Source: an uncultured Flavobacteriales bacterium (GTDB lineage: Bacteria > Bacteroidota > Bacteroidia > Flavobacteriales_D > Sanyastnellaceae). Taken from it: a stretch of 64,000 bases of DNA. This document shows positions 18,479 through 28,224 of the stretch, piece after piece. The stretch spans positions 1,850-65,849 of the forward strand of contig CALKGQ010000001.1 in NCBI GenBank assembly GCA_938085425.1, read 5' to 3'. A program made the position numbers and the translations under genes. Below the pieces are notes generated by a model. That model was not told the DNA's origin. It saw only the letters and a list, made by a program, of their open reading frames with translations, and did not search any database. Each line of letters starts with the position of its first letter. The stretch's first letter is position 1.

Positions 18479-19786
18479 TTAAGGTGCGATGGTAAGACTC
18501 AACTGAGCAGGACGGTCCGATTGAGGTCCGTGAAGGACAACCCCTGCCACCGAAACCCCTGCCCTGTTGGAAACAAGGAACAAGTCTCGTCCGTTTCGCT
18601 CACCTTTCATGTACTCTTGGACGGTGCTCGTCAAGTTGAAGACGTACGCATCTCTTGAAGGATCATAACTGCCTCCGACAGGGATGGGCGTGGCTTGGTC
18701 GGTGGTGGCACCAAACCCGCCCTCGCCATTTTCTTGAAGCACAAAAAGTTGGTCCTGCAGAGAAAAAGGCTTGGTGCCCCATTCAGATTGGACAGGAACC
18801 ACCAACTCGGCTTTCAGCACCAAGGGCGCCCCACCGAGACTGTCTTGGAAGGCGTCCAAGTAAGGAAACCGCACACGGGTTTTGCATCCCGAGGCGGAGA
18901 TCACAAAGCTTTGCTGGTCGCCAGGCAGGGATGCCTCGGCGTCGATGCCCTGAAGCGCTGAGAGTCCACCACTGAAATGGTGGTCGAAGACATTGACCCT
19001 CGCACTGAGAGGGCTGATGAGGAAATCGTAAAACGTGGTGTCGCTGTCGTTGTGGTAGTGGATGCGCAGGACGCTCAAGCCGCTGTTGATGTCGAGCGCG
19101 GCCACACCCGACCCACCTTGAAGGGAGGAAACAGAGATGCCCGGGACGACGTCAAACCAAGAGGCGTTGTTGTCAAACACCGTGGAATCAAGGTCCAAAA
19201 AACCTTGTACAATTTCATTTTTGAGGGGAAGAATCAACTGTGGCGGAATGGTGTCTCCGCCCGTGTAGCTCGGGTTGTATGCATCCATCGTCCAAGGCCC
19301 AGAGCCGTCCTTCACCCACTCCTCTCCCGAAGTGCTGGGAACAAAATTGGAGTAGTACGAGCTGTCCAAAGACAGGGAGTCGGACAAGGGTTGGACGGAG
19401 AAAAATTGGGGCCTCTGGAGGCCATAGGACTCATCGGCATACCGCAATTGTAGGAAAGCACTGTCGGCGACAGGATTGTTGCCAAAGTCGACGTCCGTCG
19501 CAGAAAGCCTCAATTGGGTGACGAGGCCAGCCCTCAAGTAGGTCATCCCAGGGAGGTAAACTTGGCCCAAAAGACCCGTGCTCAATTCATCGGTTTCGAG
19601 GCTATCCTCGGCCACAGTCTCGAAGACTACTGTGACAGTGTCCGACCCGGAGGGAAGGACGTTGTTGGCGGGCTGAAGCCCAAGACCAATGTCGGTATCT
19701 GGTTTGGCACATCCCCAAGCCAGCAAAAGGGAGCATCCGAAAAGAAAGCAGACTGTCGGGTGGATGCGTGTAGGTTTCCTCTTCAT
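18479..19786 (-). CDS. DUF4270-like lipoprotein (conserved between the glycogen-synthase-like gene and glmS in Bacteroidota)
   Basis: ATG 19786 gives a lipoprotein signal (FLFGCSLLLAWGC). The position matches the known synteny. Family called from context and memory, not from a search. Confidence 0.5.
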   Translation of the reverse strand: MKRKPTRIHPTVCFLFGCSLLLAWGCAKPDTDIGLGLQPANNVLPSGSDTVTVVFETVAEDSLETDELSTGLLGQVYLPGMTYLRAGLVTQLRLSATDVDFGNNPVADSAFLQLRYADESYGLQRPQFFSVQPLSDSLSLDSSYYSNFVPSTSGEEWVKDGSGPWTMDAYNPSYTGGDTIPPQLILPLKNEIVQGFLDLDSTVFDNNASWFDVVPGISVSSLQGGSGVAALDINSGLSVLRIHYHNDSDTTFYDFLISPLSARVNVFDHHFSGGLSALQGIDAEASLPGDQQSFVISASGCKTRVRFPYLDAFQDSLGGAPLVLKAELVVPVQSEWGTKPFSLQDQLFVLQENGEGGFGATTDQATPIPVGGSYDPSRDAYVFNLTSTVQEYMKGERNGRDLFLVSNRAGVSVAGVVLHGPQSDRPAQLSLTIAP

Positions 19787-19814
19787 GAGGGCACGAAGTT
19801 CAGCAAGAACTCCT

Positions 19815-20645
19815 TTACTCCGCGACAGCCTCAGCTTTTCCCTCCAAGATGGTGTCGTAGAAATGATTGATGTCTGCGACAAAGCCGTCTTTTCCGTGGC
19901 AGGAGAGCATGGGCTTGTCCAAGGTGGCAAGCGCGGCTTGTGTTCCCTCTGTCAAGGTTTCAGAACCCACAATGACGGCGTCTGCGCCTTCCATTGCCAA
20001 GGCATTGAGGTTGTCGAAGGTTGGTTTGGCGATGCCTTGGAGGGCTTCAGCAGGAATGCCGTGTGCCGCGGCTTTTTCTGCCATCCGCGGATCAAGCTCA
20101 CCGTCAAAACCTTCGTCGTACACGTGGTAGACCACCTTGGAATTGGCGAAGTAGGGCTCGTCGGCAAATACGTGCTTCAGGTAAGTGGGCACAAGGCTGG
20201 ACATCCAACCACTGCAGTGGATGATGTCTGGAGCCCAACCCAATTTGCGCACGGTTTCCAAAACACCACGGACAAAAAACAAGCTTCGCTCGTCGTTGTC
20301 GGCGAAGAAATTGTCGTCCGCATCGTGCAGCACCGCTTTGCGCTTGAAGTAGGTGTCATTGTCGATGAAGTAGACTTGGATTCTTGCGGTGGGGATGGAA
20401 GCCACTTTGATGATCAAAGGGTGGTCCGTGTCGTCCACATTCAGGTTCATCCCTGAAAGACGAATGACCTCATGCAACTGGTGCCGGCGCTCATTGATTT
20501 TCCCAAAGCGAGGCATGAACACGCGGATCTCCTTTCCTTTCTCATGTGTTCCTTGTGGGAGCATACGAGAGACATGACTCATGGGTGTTTCAGGCAAGTA
20601 AGGAGTCAAATGTTGGGAGATGTAAAGGACGCGTGGCTTGCTCAT
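19815..20645 (-). CDS. Short glycogen/starch-synthase-like protein (GT5 N-terminal-domain type)
   Basis: PRVLYISQHLTPYLPET..., RVFMPRFGKINERRHQLHEVIRLSGMN..., YFIDNDTYFKRKA. About 276 aa, as in the Bacteroidota short form. Confidence 0.7.
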   Translation of the reverse strand: MSKPRVLYISQHLTPYLPETPMSHVSRMLPQGTHEKGKEIRVFMPRFGKINERRHQLHEVIRLSGMNLNVDDTDHPLIIKVASIPTARIQVYFIDNDTYFKRKAVLHDADDNFFADNDERSLFFVRGVLETVRKLGWAPDIIHCSGWMSSLVPTYLKHVFADEPYFANSKVVYHVYDEGFDGELDPRMAEKAAAHGIPAEALQGIAKPTFDNLNALAMEGADAVIVGSETLTEGTQAALATLDKPMLSCHGKDGFVADINHFYDTILEGKAEAVAE

Positions 20646-20686
20646 GGTCTTAGGGTGTCTCAGGTAAAACGGAACCCCAAGATAGG

Positions 20687-20694
20687 TAATTTTG
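20687..20694 (+). promoter_or_regulatory. Candidate -7 promoter box (TAATTTTG) for panC
   Basis: Exact TAnnTTTG ending 52 nt upstream of ATG 20747, in the divergent intergenic region. Confidence 0.3.
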
Positions 20695-20746
20695 CTCCAT
20701 AATCCAAGTAAAATGGTGGGTTTCAGAGCCCACAGAACCTGCCCAA

Positions 20747-21595
20747 ATGACCGTTTTGCATTCTTTGGAGGCTTTGGCCAATTGGCAAAAGAAAATGAAC
20801 TGGGAAGAGCGCAAATCTTCCTTCGTTCCTACAATGGGTTCTTTGCACGAGGGGCACGCAAGTTTGATTGCCCAAGCTGCCGCCACCTCTGACTTGGTCT
20901 TGGTGTCCATCTTGGTGAACCCGACCCAATTCACCGAAGCCTCTGATTACGAGAAATACCCAAGGAGCTTGGAGGCCGACGCGGAAAAGGCAGCTCAGGC
21001 TGGAGCGCACGCGGTGTTTGCGCCGAGTCCGGAGGAGCTTTACGGGGGAACTCCCTCATCTGAACCCGTGCAATGGGGTGCTTTGACCCATTCCTACGAG
21101 GGCGCCAAACGCAAGGGTCACTTCGACGGGGTGGTTGCCGTGGTGGACTTGCTCTTTCAGGCCACCAACCCCGATGTTGCAGTCTTTGGGGAAAAGGATC
21201 TCCAACAAGTTGGTGTGGTCCGAAGGTTGGCCCAAGAACGTCACCCAAGCATCGACATTCAGGTCGGGGGTTTGGTCCGAGATGAGAACGGCTTGGCCTT
21301 GAGCTCCAGAAATGCCAGATTGGATGAGCAAGGCCTCGAGGATGCTTTGGCCCTTTCCAGAGCACTGTTTGAGCTGCGTCAATCCCATGGCGAAGGAAAG
21401 CAGTGGACGGGAGTGCTGGTGAAGGCGAGAGCAGCATTGAGCGCCCACCCAGCAGTGGATTTGGAGTACTTGGACGTGGTGGACGCAGACACTTTCGAGC
21501 CTTGGCAAGGCATCCCCAACCAGCGCGCCTATGGGATTGTGGCCGCACAAGTTCAAGGGGTACGACTCATTGACAATGCGCGGTTGAAGGCTTGA
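20747..21595 (+). CDS. panC: Pantoate--beta-alanine ligase
   Basis: [16 protein letters not shown] (HIGH-like motif), FGEKDLQQ. 282 aa. Confidence 0.95.
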   Translation: MTVLHSLEALANWQKKMNWEERKSSFVPTMGSLHEGHASLIAQAAATSDLVLVSILVNPTQFTEASDYEKYPRSLEADAEKAAQAGAHAVFAPSPEELYGGTPSSEPVQWGALTHSYEGAKRKGHFDGVVAVVDLLFQATNPDVAVFGEKDLQQVGVVRRLAQERHPSIDIQVGGLVRDENGLALSSRNARLDEQGLEDALALSRALFELRQSHGEGKQWTGVLVKARAALSAHPAVDLEYLDVVDADTFEPWQGIPNQRAYGIVAAQVQGVRLIDNARLKA

Positions 21596-21653
21596 CCGAA
21601 TGCATGTTGGGAAGTGGGGAGTATTTCAGAACTTCGTCCAAAATCAAAACGCC

Positions 21654-21827
21654 ATGGGTTCTGTCGGTCCTGCTCAAATTCTTCTCATCGCCCTTGTGGT
21701 TTTGCTCCTGTTTGGAGGCCGCAAAATCCCTGAACTCATGCGAGGTCTCGGGCAAGGCATGAAGGAGTTCAAAGACGCCTCCAAAGGAGAAGAAGACAAA
21801 TCGGAAGGGTCGAAAAAGGACAGTTGA
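21654..21827 (+). CDS. tatA: Twin-arginine translocase subunit TatA/E
   Basis: [40 protein letters not shown] is the canonical TatA TM plus amphipathic helix. ATG 21654 preferred to track start 21600. Confidence 0.9.
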   Translation: MGSVGPAQILLIALVVLLLFGGRKIPELMRGLGQGMKEFKDASKGEEDKSEGSKKDS

Positions 21828-23095
21828 TGGGTGTGCCCGATCGTCTGGCACTGAACCTTTTCCTGGCCTCGTTTTCTGCACTTGCCAATGGCCAGGTGCA
21901 AACCGACTCTCTTGAATGGAAGGCATCTCCCGATTCCGCGGTCCAAGAGGAGATTGTGGTGGATTGGGAAAGAGAATGGACGGAATGGTGCGAGACTGCG
22001 CACTGTGTCAGCTCTGACACTTCGCTTTGGAACATTGAGGGCGAGGGATTGCACAGGGTTGGACATCAATTGGATTCAACGTTTGTGGCCACGAGGTTGG
22101 CCGCGCTTGACCGAGTGAGCGGTTTGGACTTGCGATGGAACCCTGTGGCGCATCGTCGGATTGTCACTTTTGGCACCCGTCGATCCCGTCATTTGGGCAC
22201 CATGTTGGGACGCTCCGCCATGTACTTTCCGTTGTTTGAAAAGGTGCTGGACAGAGAGGGTCTGCCCCAAGAATTGAAGTACTTGGCGGTGGTGGAAAGT
22301 GGACTGAATCCAGAAGCCCGGTCCCCAGCGGGCGCGAGGGGTTTGTGGCAGTTCATGTACTACACGGCCAAGGCAGAAGGCCTGAGAATCGATGGCTACA
22401 TCGACGAGCGAAAGGACCCATTGTTGGCCACTGAGGCCGCTTGTCGTCATTTGAGAAGGCTGCACAAGATGTACGGCGACTGGTACTTTGCTCTGGCGGC
22501 CTACAATGCAGGACCAGGCAATGTGAACAAGGCCATCCGTCGTTCAGGCGGCAAAACAAACTATTGGGAGGTCCGCCCTTTTTTGCCCAAGGAAACGCGG
22601 AACTACGTCCCCAATTTCATCGCCGTGACCTATTTGATGGAGCACCATGCCGAGCATGGGATTTTCCCTCGAAAACCATTGCCAGGTGCGATGTCCTTGG
22701 ACACTTTGATGGTGGAGGGTCCCCTGCGCTTTGACCAAATGGCGGCGGTCACAAGTTTGACGGAAGCCGAGGTGGCCGTGTTGAACCCGATGTATCGACT
22801 GAGGATTCTTCCCGGACCTGGAGAGCGTTTTCCGGTGCGATGGCCTGTGCGTGGAGTGGCCGAGTTTTTGGCCCAAGAAGAAGCCATGAGGCAACACCTT
22901 CCCGAACTGACCCCCGACATCAAGTACGAACCAGAGCCAGTGGTGTACAGGGTGAGGAGTGGAGATGTGTTGGGTTCCATTGCCCAAAAACATGGGGTGC
23001 GCGTGTCGCAGCTCAAGGCGTGGAATGACCTCAACACCTCCGTCATACGCGTGGGACAAAAACTCATCATTCATGCAGACCCCAACAAAATGTAA
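21827..23095 (+). CDS. Lytic transglycosylase (SLT domain) with C-terminal LysM (MltD-like)
   Basis: VVESGLNPEARSPAGARGLWQFM and AAYNAGPGNV (SLT). C-terminal YRVRSGDVLGSIAQKHGVRVSQLKAWN (LysM). ATG 21827 overlaps the tatA stop (TGATG). Confidence 0.85.
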   Translation: MGVPDRLALNLFLASFSALANGQVQTDSLEWKASPDSAVQEEIVVDWEREWTEWCETAHCVSSDTSLWNIEGEGLHRVGHQLDSTFVATRLAALDRVSGLDLRWNPVAHRRIVTFGTRRSRHLGTMLGRSAMYFPLFEKVLDREGLPQELKYLAVVESGLNPEARSPAGARGLWQFMYYTAKAEGLRIDGYIDERKDPLLATEAACRHLRRLHKMYGDWYFALAAYNAGPGNVNKAIRRSGGKTNYWEVRPFLPKETRNYVPNFIAVTYLMEHHAEHGIFPRKPLPGAMSLDTLMVEGPLRFDQMAAVTSLTEAEVAVLNPMYRLRILPGPGERFPVRWPVRGVAEFLAQEEAMRQHLPELTPDIKYEPEPVVYRVRSGDVLGSIAQKHGVRVSQLKAWNDLNTSVIRVGQKLIIHADPNKM

Positions 23096-24149
23096 GCCGT
23101 GGGCCCAGGTGCCCAAACAGGTGTTTTGCATGGTGTTGTTGGGGCTGGGCCTCTGGTCATGTGCTGGCGATGGCGCCCGTGTCGCCTTGCCGGGCAAGGT
23201 TGGGGCCACAGGGGAGTTGGTGGTGGTCGCGTCGGTGGACGTTTGGAATGGACCTGCGGGAGATACGGTGCGGTCTGCAGCCGACCAACCCTACCCTGTT
23301 TTGCCACAGTATGAGCCACTCATGGACGTATTGCATTTGGAGCCTGAGTTGTTCGACAGATTTTGGAAACCCCACCGCAACATCTTGATGTTGGAAGTCG
23401 CAGACAGGGTGGACACCCAGACGCCGAGCTTTACATTTTACAGGAACAAGTACAGCCGGGGCCAAATCTACATGGTGGCCAAGGCGCGCACTGCCGAGGC
23501 TTTGGCGGAGGTGCTGGCGTCGCGGTCTGGGGAAATGATGAGTCTTCTTCACGCGGAAGAAGCACAGCGCTTTGCGGACATCGTGGCCCTCTCGCCCAAC
23601 GAGGTTCTTTCCCGAGAAGTGGCTCAAAAATGGGCGATACAGGGTCTTTATCCCAAGGACGCGCGCAAGGCCAAAGAGATGCAAGAGTTTTGGTGGATGG
23701 ACCGGCAACTCACGCGCTTCAAAGGGGGGGACAACCACGACATCCAGCAAGGGTTTTTCATCCACAGCGAACCCTACACAAGCCCAGATCAACTGAGCCT
23801 TGAACACGTTTTGGACAGGAGAGATGCATTGACAAAGAGGTATGTTCCTGGCCCGACGCCCGGCAGTTACATGGCCACCGAAAGGAAGTACTTCCCTTCT
23901 TACGAAGAATCCGAATTCAAGGGAAATTTCGCGCTGGAAGTACGGGGTTTGTGGAAGATGGAAAACGACTTCATGGGGGGGCCCTTCTACAGCCTCACGG
24001 TGGTGGACGAGTCAAGGGGACGTTTGCTCACCATGGAAGGATATGCCTATGCTCCTTACTTCGACAAGCGACCCTACATCCGAGAATTGGAGGGGGTCAT
24101 CAAGCAATCCATGTTGTTGCCCGTCAATGACGCTGTCCCTGCACCATGA
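23073..24149 (+). CDS. DUF4837-like lipoprotein (hypothetical)
   Basis: Lipobox LGLGLWSC after ATG 23073 (alternative ATG 23130). Family from memory of DUF4837-like sequence features, not verified. Confidence 0.45.
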   Translation: MQTPTKCKPWAQVPKQVFCMVLLGLGLWSCAGDGARVALPGKVGATGELVVVASVDVWNGPAGDTVRSAADQPYPVLPQYEPLMDVLHLEPELFDRFWKPHRNILMLEVADRVDTQTPSFTFYRNKYSRGQIYMVAKARTAEALAEVLASRSGEMMSLLHAEEAQRFADIVALSPNEVLSREVAQKWAIQGLYPKDARKAKEMQEFWWMDRQLTRFKGGDNHDIQQGFFIHSEPYTSPDQLSLEHVLDRRDALTKRYVPGPTPGSYMATERKYFPSYEESEFKGNFALEVRGLWKMENDFMGGPFYSLTVVDESRGRLLTMEGYAYAPYFDKRPYIRELEGVIKQSMLLPVNDAVPAP

Positions 24150-26646
24150 GTTTTTGGGTCGTCCGCTTTCCAGCTGGGGTGACCACTTCCAACGCATAGG
24201 TTCCACGCGCCCATTGCGCAACATCCAATGATGGGGTCCATCCTTGTTGCGACCAGTGCAATTGACCGGAGGCATTCGTGACGGTCATGCGGCAATGTGC
24301 CAACTCCTCTTGGGACCAAAGGCCCGGGGCGCGGAGGCCCACAACGGAATGGCATGGGTTGGGGAAGGCCATGAGGCCTTTACCATCTTGGGACGACTCC
24401 ACAACCGCCACGCTCACGTCACCTTTTGCAAAGGCATACTGGCCTTTTCTCAACCTCGATACCTTGAACACTCCGGTTCCGTTGGCGAGCGATCCGGCTT
24501 GCCAATCGTAGTCGGGGTATTGCACCCAAGGGGCTCCTGCCCGCGGCCTCCAAGCGAGAAAGCCTCCTTCTTCAGTGTCTCCATAGAGGTGGAAATCCAG
24601 GTCCTCCTCGCCATTGCCCACATAGGTGAGGCGAGCGTCCAAAATCGGGGCGGAAGGGCTGTTGTCGTCCCAGGTGCCATCGACCACCCAAAAGTGGTTC
24701 CCGCTGAGTTGGTCCACGTAGCTCGCTGCGGGACCTTGGTCAGGGGCGGCCCAATGGTGTTCAATGCGCACCAACACACTGTCCGCATCGTCAATCTCGT
24801 CGCAACCTACACGCATGTCCACCCAAGTCAGGTTGGTCAGTCCCGTGGGTTCGTGGATGGCCAACGTTTGGTCCAGTCGTCCTTGGTTGAGCCTTCCGTC
24901 GGCATTGAGCCCCAAAAGTTCGATGGGCGTTTCATGCCAGAAGGTGATTTCATCAAATTCTCCTCCGACGCGCGCATGCACCAAAGTGGTGTCCCATTGT
25001 GCATCCCAAAGGGTGACGTCCAGAGGTTCATTTTCATGAAAACCACTGCAAGCGCGAAGCTTCTGATGCAAGTACAAGGTGGTGGCGAAGCACCCGTTTT
25101 CCGGCGACGTGCTCGTGCTGTCCACCACCCAAGTGCTGAACCCTGGCTGGAGCACCTGTGCGTCGAAAAAGGGCGTCATGTTCATGCCGCTGGCGTCGGC
25201 CAACAAGACCTCAAAGTCCTCGACATCCATGTGACTGTCGAAGCGTTCGGCAAGCACATTTTGCATGGCGTGTCGGAACAAGGAATCCCCCATATAGGCC
25301 CTCAAATTGTGCAAGACACTCGCTCCTTTGTAGTAGGTGTGGCGCCCATAGATTTCCGCATCGGGCATGGGAGAAAGGGGATGAAACCCCTCGTCTTGGA
25401 TGTGACATTCTTCAAGCACAAACTGCTGGTTGTCCTTGACCAAATCCACAAAAGCCTCATGGCCATCTTTCCACTCGACAAACAAATGGCTGCTGTATTC
25501 GGCAGGACCCTCTTTGAGCCACATGTGGTTGTGGATGGTGGGGGCCACCACATCGCCCCACCAATGGTGCCCCAATTCATGGGCAAACAGATCGCCGTTG
25601 GCGAAGAGCCCTTGTTCCACCATCGAACGTGGGTAGGCAATGTTGGTGGGGATCTCGAGGGCACCGTCGGTGGTCAGCACATACCCCACCCGTTCCCAGG
25701 CGTAGGGACCCCACCAAAATTCGCAAGCGTCAATGGCGAACTCCAGCTCGGCAAACTTGCTCTGCATCAGGTTGCTGTCCTCTGCTTTGCTCGTCAAACG
25801 AACAGGGATGTCCCCGTAGGCGCCCGAGTGGACGTAATCATGGTCGACATAGGGGCCAATGGCAATGGCGCTCAAATGCGTGGGAATGGGGTGGTCCAGC
25901 GCCCATGTCGACAACAAGGTGTCTCCCCCCAAGGACAATTCTTCCACGAGGTGGCCTTGGTTGTGGGCCCGCCTTCCGTCGGCTGTTTGGAGGTGGTAGG
26001 TGTAGGTTGCCCGTTCGACAAAGTTGTCAAAACAGGGGTACCAGACCCTTCCAAAATTTGGGGGAATGGACGTCAAACCAATGCCAAGGTTGTAAATCAA
26101 ATCAGCGGCGAAGTACATCCCACCCCAATAAGGATCGTCGCCCGGCTGTCCCCCATAGGCAATCTCCAAAGTGACGGCTTCTCCTTCTTCCATGGGCGAC
26201 AAGGCATCAACGTGAAGCTCGTCCCCCCACTGATGAAAAGGGGCGGAGGCCCCATTCCAAAGTACGCTGTCCACTTCGAGGCCGGACAAATCCCACCACA
26301 CGCGCGTCCCCCCTCCTTGAAGGACTTGGAAGTCGATGACCGCCAAAGCCTCCATGCTCTGCTGGCTGTAAGAGGTGAGGTCCAAGAACAATTCGTAGTG
26401 CTGGACGTCAAAGCTGTCGCTCCGGGCAATGCTGGGCCCCATGTCGTAGTTGTTGGCAGGCAAGAACGCTCGTTCCGATGCCTGCGCATGCTGGTCGGGG
26501 CATTCGGCATGGCATCCTTGCACCAAAAACGGCGTCCTTGGTGTCCGCGCGAGGTCTTGAAGCGTGGGAATGGATGGGGTTTGTGCCCAACCCATGAAGG
26601 CAAAGCCCATGGCGGCCAGGATGGAGGTCATGTGTTTGAGGTGCAT
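24124..26646 (-). CDS. M1-family zinc aminopeptidase with T9SS type A C-terminal sorting domain
   Basis: HELGHHWWGD (HEXXH) followed by WLKEGPAEY (the E ligand). Signal peptide. C-terminal Por_Secre_tail-like 84 aa. Confidence 0.85.
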   Translation of the reverse strand: MHLKHMTSILAAMGFAFMGWAQTPSIPTLQDLARTPRTPFLVQGCHAECPDQHAQASERAFLPANNYDMGPSIARSDSFDVQHYELFLDLTSYSQQSMEALAVIDFQVLQGGGTRVWWDLSGLEVDSVLWNGASAPFHQWGDELHVDALSPMEEGEAVTLEIAYGGQPGDDPYWGGMYFAADLIYNLGIGLTSIPPNFGRVWYPCFDNFVERATYTYHLQTADGRRAHNQGHLVEELSLGGDTLLSTWALDHPIPTHLSAIAIGPYVDHDYVHSGAYGDIPVRLTSKAEDSNLMQSKFAELEFAIDACEFWWGPYAWERVGYVLTTDGALEIPTNIAYPRSMVEQGLFANGDLFAHELGHHWWGDVVAPTIHNHMWLKEGPAEYSSHLFVEWKDGHEAFVDLVKDNQQFVLEECHIQDEGFHPLSPMPDAEIYGRHTYYKGASVLHNLRAYMGDSLFRHAMQNVLAERFDSHMDVEDFEVLLADASGMNMTPFFDAQVLQPGFSTWVVDSTSTSPENGCFATTLYLHQKLRACSGFHENEPLDVTLWDAQWDTTLVHARVGGEFDEITFWHETPIELLGLNADGRLNQGRLDQTLAIHEPTGLTNLTWVDMRVGCDEIDDADSVLVRIEHHWAAPDQGPAASYVDQLSGNHFWVVDGTWDDNSPSAPILDARLTYVGNGEEDLDFHLYGDTEEGGFLAWRPRAGAPWVQYPDYDWQAGSLANGTGVFKVSRLRKGQYAFAKGDVSVAVVESSQDGKGLMAFPNPCHSVVGLRAPGLWSQEELAHCRMTVTNASGQLHWSQQGWTPSLDVAQWARGTYALEVVTPAGKRTTQKLMVQGQRH
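24127..24378 (-). other. T9SS type A (Por_Secre_tail-like) C-terminal domain of the M1 peptidase
   Basis: ...MAFPNPC...VTNASGQL...WARGTYALEVVTPAGKRTTQKLMV pattern at the extreme C-terminus. Confidence 0.65.
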
Positions 26647-26662
26647 GCCTCGAAGTTAGGCG

Positions 26663-26670
26663 TACTTTTG
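26663..26670 (+). promoter_or_regulatory. Candidate -7 promoter box (TACTTTTG) 5 nt before the slyD-like ATG (leaderless-type)
   Basis: Exact TAnnTTTG. The ATG is at 26676. Confidence 0.4.
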
Positions 26671-26675
26671 CCCCC

Positions 26676-27128
26676 ATGAATGAAGTGCAACACGGAGCCC
26701 AGGTCGAGGTGGCCTACACATTGAGGGCCAACGGACCAGAAGGAGAAGAGCTGGAGACCTGCCAAGAGGAATCCCCCTTTGTGTTTCGCATGGGGGCAGA
26801 GGAAGCTCTGGAAGCCTTTGAGAAAGCCCTCGTGGGCAAGCGTGTAGGGGAGCCCTTTGAATTGACCATTGCATGCGACGATGCGTATGGCGAGGAGACG
26901 GATGAGGCGGTATTGTCCTTGCCCAAAGAGACGTTCATGGTCGACGGCAAGCTGGACGAGGAGGTGATGCAGGCTGGGGAGGTGGTGCCATTGAGCGACG
27001 ACGAAGGAAACGAAATTGTGGGCATGGTGGTGGAGGTGAAGGCAGATGCAGTGCTGGTGGATTTCAACCATCCGCTTGCGGGGTTGGACCTTCACTTTGA
27101 AGGTGTTGTGGTGGGCGTCTCCGCGTAA
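26676..27128 (+). CDS. slyD: FKBP-type peptidyl-prolyl isomerase, SlyD-like
   Basis: FVFRMGAEEALEAFEKALVGKRVGEPFEL..., insert-in-flap region, DFNHPLAGLDLHFEGVVV. Confidence 0.8.
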   Translation: MNEVQHGAQVEVAYTLRANGPEGEELETCQEESPFVFRMGAEEALEAFEKALVGKRVGEPFELTIACDDAYGEETDEAVLSLPKETFMVDGKLDEEVMQAGEVVPLSDDEGNEIVGMVVEVKADAVLVDFNHPLAGLDLHFEGVVVGVSA

Positions 27129-27160
27129 GGGAGGCACCGGCTTGGCGTACCTTCGCCCGC

Positions 27161-28213
27161 ATGGAACGCACGGAAATAGGTGAATTGGGGGAATTCGGCT
27201 TGATTGGCCGCTTGACCAAGGACTTGACCCATCAGCAACCCTCAACCCTTCGGGGTGTCGGCGACGATGCAGCAGTGTTGGACCCCATGGGCAAACGCAT
27301 GGTGGTCAGCACCGACCTTTTGTGCGAAGGCATCCACTTCGACCTGAGCTATGTGCCGCTCAAGCACCTCGGATACAAAGCCGTGGTGGTCAACCTCAGC
27401 GACATCTGTGCCATGAATGCGGTCCCTACGCAGGTGGTGGTGGGCTTGGGGTTGAGCAACCGTTTTTCCGTGGAGGCTGCCGAAGAGCTGTACGAGGGCA
27501 TTCGTTTGGCCTGCGAGGTCTACAAGGTGGACTTGGTGGGAGGAGACACCACCGCCACGACATCGGGCCTGACCTTGGGCATCACCGCCATGGGATGGGT
27601 GGAGCCGGATGTTGTTGTGGGCCGAGACGGCGCCGGCGATGGGGACCTTCTGGTGGTCAGTGGCGACCTTGGTGCGGCTTACATGGGGTTGCAGATTTTG
27701 GAGAGGGAGAAGGAGGTGTACCAAGCGGCACCCACCGCACAGCCTGAGCTCGACGATTTCGCATACTTGTTGGAGCGTCAATTGAAACCCGAAGCTCGGG
27801 TCGACGTCATCCGCGAGATCGCCGACTTGAAACTGAAACCCACCTCCATGATTGACATCAGCGATGGGTTGGCCAGCGAGGTCATGCATTTGGGAACCTC
27901 TTCAGGCGTGGGCATCAAGGTGTACGAGGACAAATTGCCCATTGACGGCAAGGTGTACGATACGGCGAGGGAATTCAATTTGGACCCTACCCTTTGCATG
28001 CTGAGTGGCGGGGAGGACTACGAGCTTCTGTTCACCATTCGCCAAGAAGACTTTGAAAAGGTGAGGAACCACCCCAAATTGACCGTGATTGGCCATGCTG
28101 TGGCCGCCCCCGACGCGTTCACCATGGTCACCAAAGGTGGCACAGAGGTGCCGCTTCAAGCCCAGGGATGGGACGGTTTACGGAATCCCCAAGAGGGCCC
28201 TCAAACCGACTGA
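27161..28213 (+). CDS. thiL: Thiamine-monophosphate kinase
   Basis: GVGDDAAVLD, AIR-synthase-related fold motifs (GGDTT, SGGEDYELLFT). Confidence 0.88.
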   Translation: MERTEIGELGEFGLIGRLTKDLTHQQPSTLRGVGDDAAVLDPMGKRMVVSTDLLCEGIHFDLSYVPLKHLGYKAVVVNLSDICAMNAVPTQVVVGLGLSNRFSVEAAEELYEGIRLACEVYKVDLVGGDTTATTSGLTLGITAMGWVEPDVVVGRDGAGDGDLLVVSGDLGAAYMGLQILEREKEVYQAAPTAQPELDDFAYLLERQLKPEARVDVIREIADLKLKPTSMIDISDGLASEVMHLGTSSGVGIKVYEDKLPIDGKVYDTAREFNLDPTLCMLSGGEDYELLFTIRQEDFEKVRNHPKLTVIGHAVAAPDAFTMVTKGGTEVPLQAQGWDGLRNPQEGPQTD

Positions 28214-28224
28214 ACCCAGAAAAG

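Noticed and set aside
24244-26679. 811-aa ORF on the plus strand spanning the whole M1 peptidase locus. There are similar very long antisense ORFs at 44987..46975, 36651..37955, 55882..57069, 40525..41814, 42850..44133, 29978..31216, 30990..32054, 58684..59745 and 59724..60863.
   Set aside because: Each lies exactly antisense to a gene with unmistakable catalytic motifs. Their translations are low-complexity (Arg/Gly/His/Val-rich) with no motifs. In GC3-rich genes the antisense frame rarely contains stop codons, so these are compositional artefacts.
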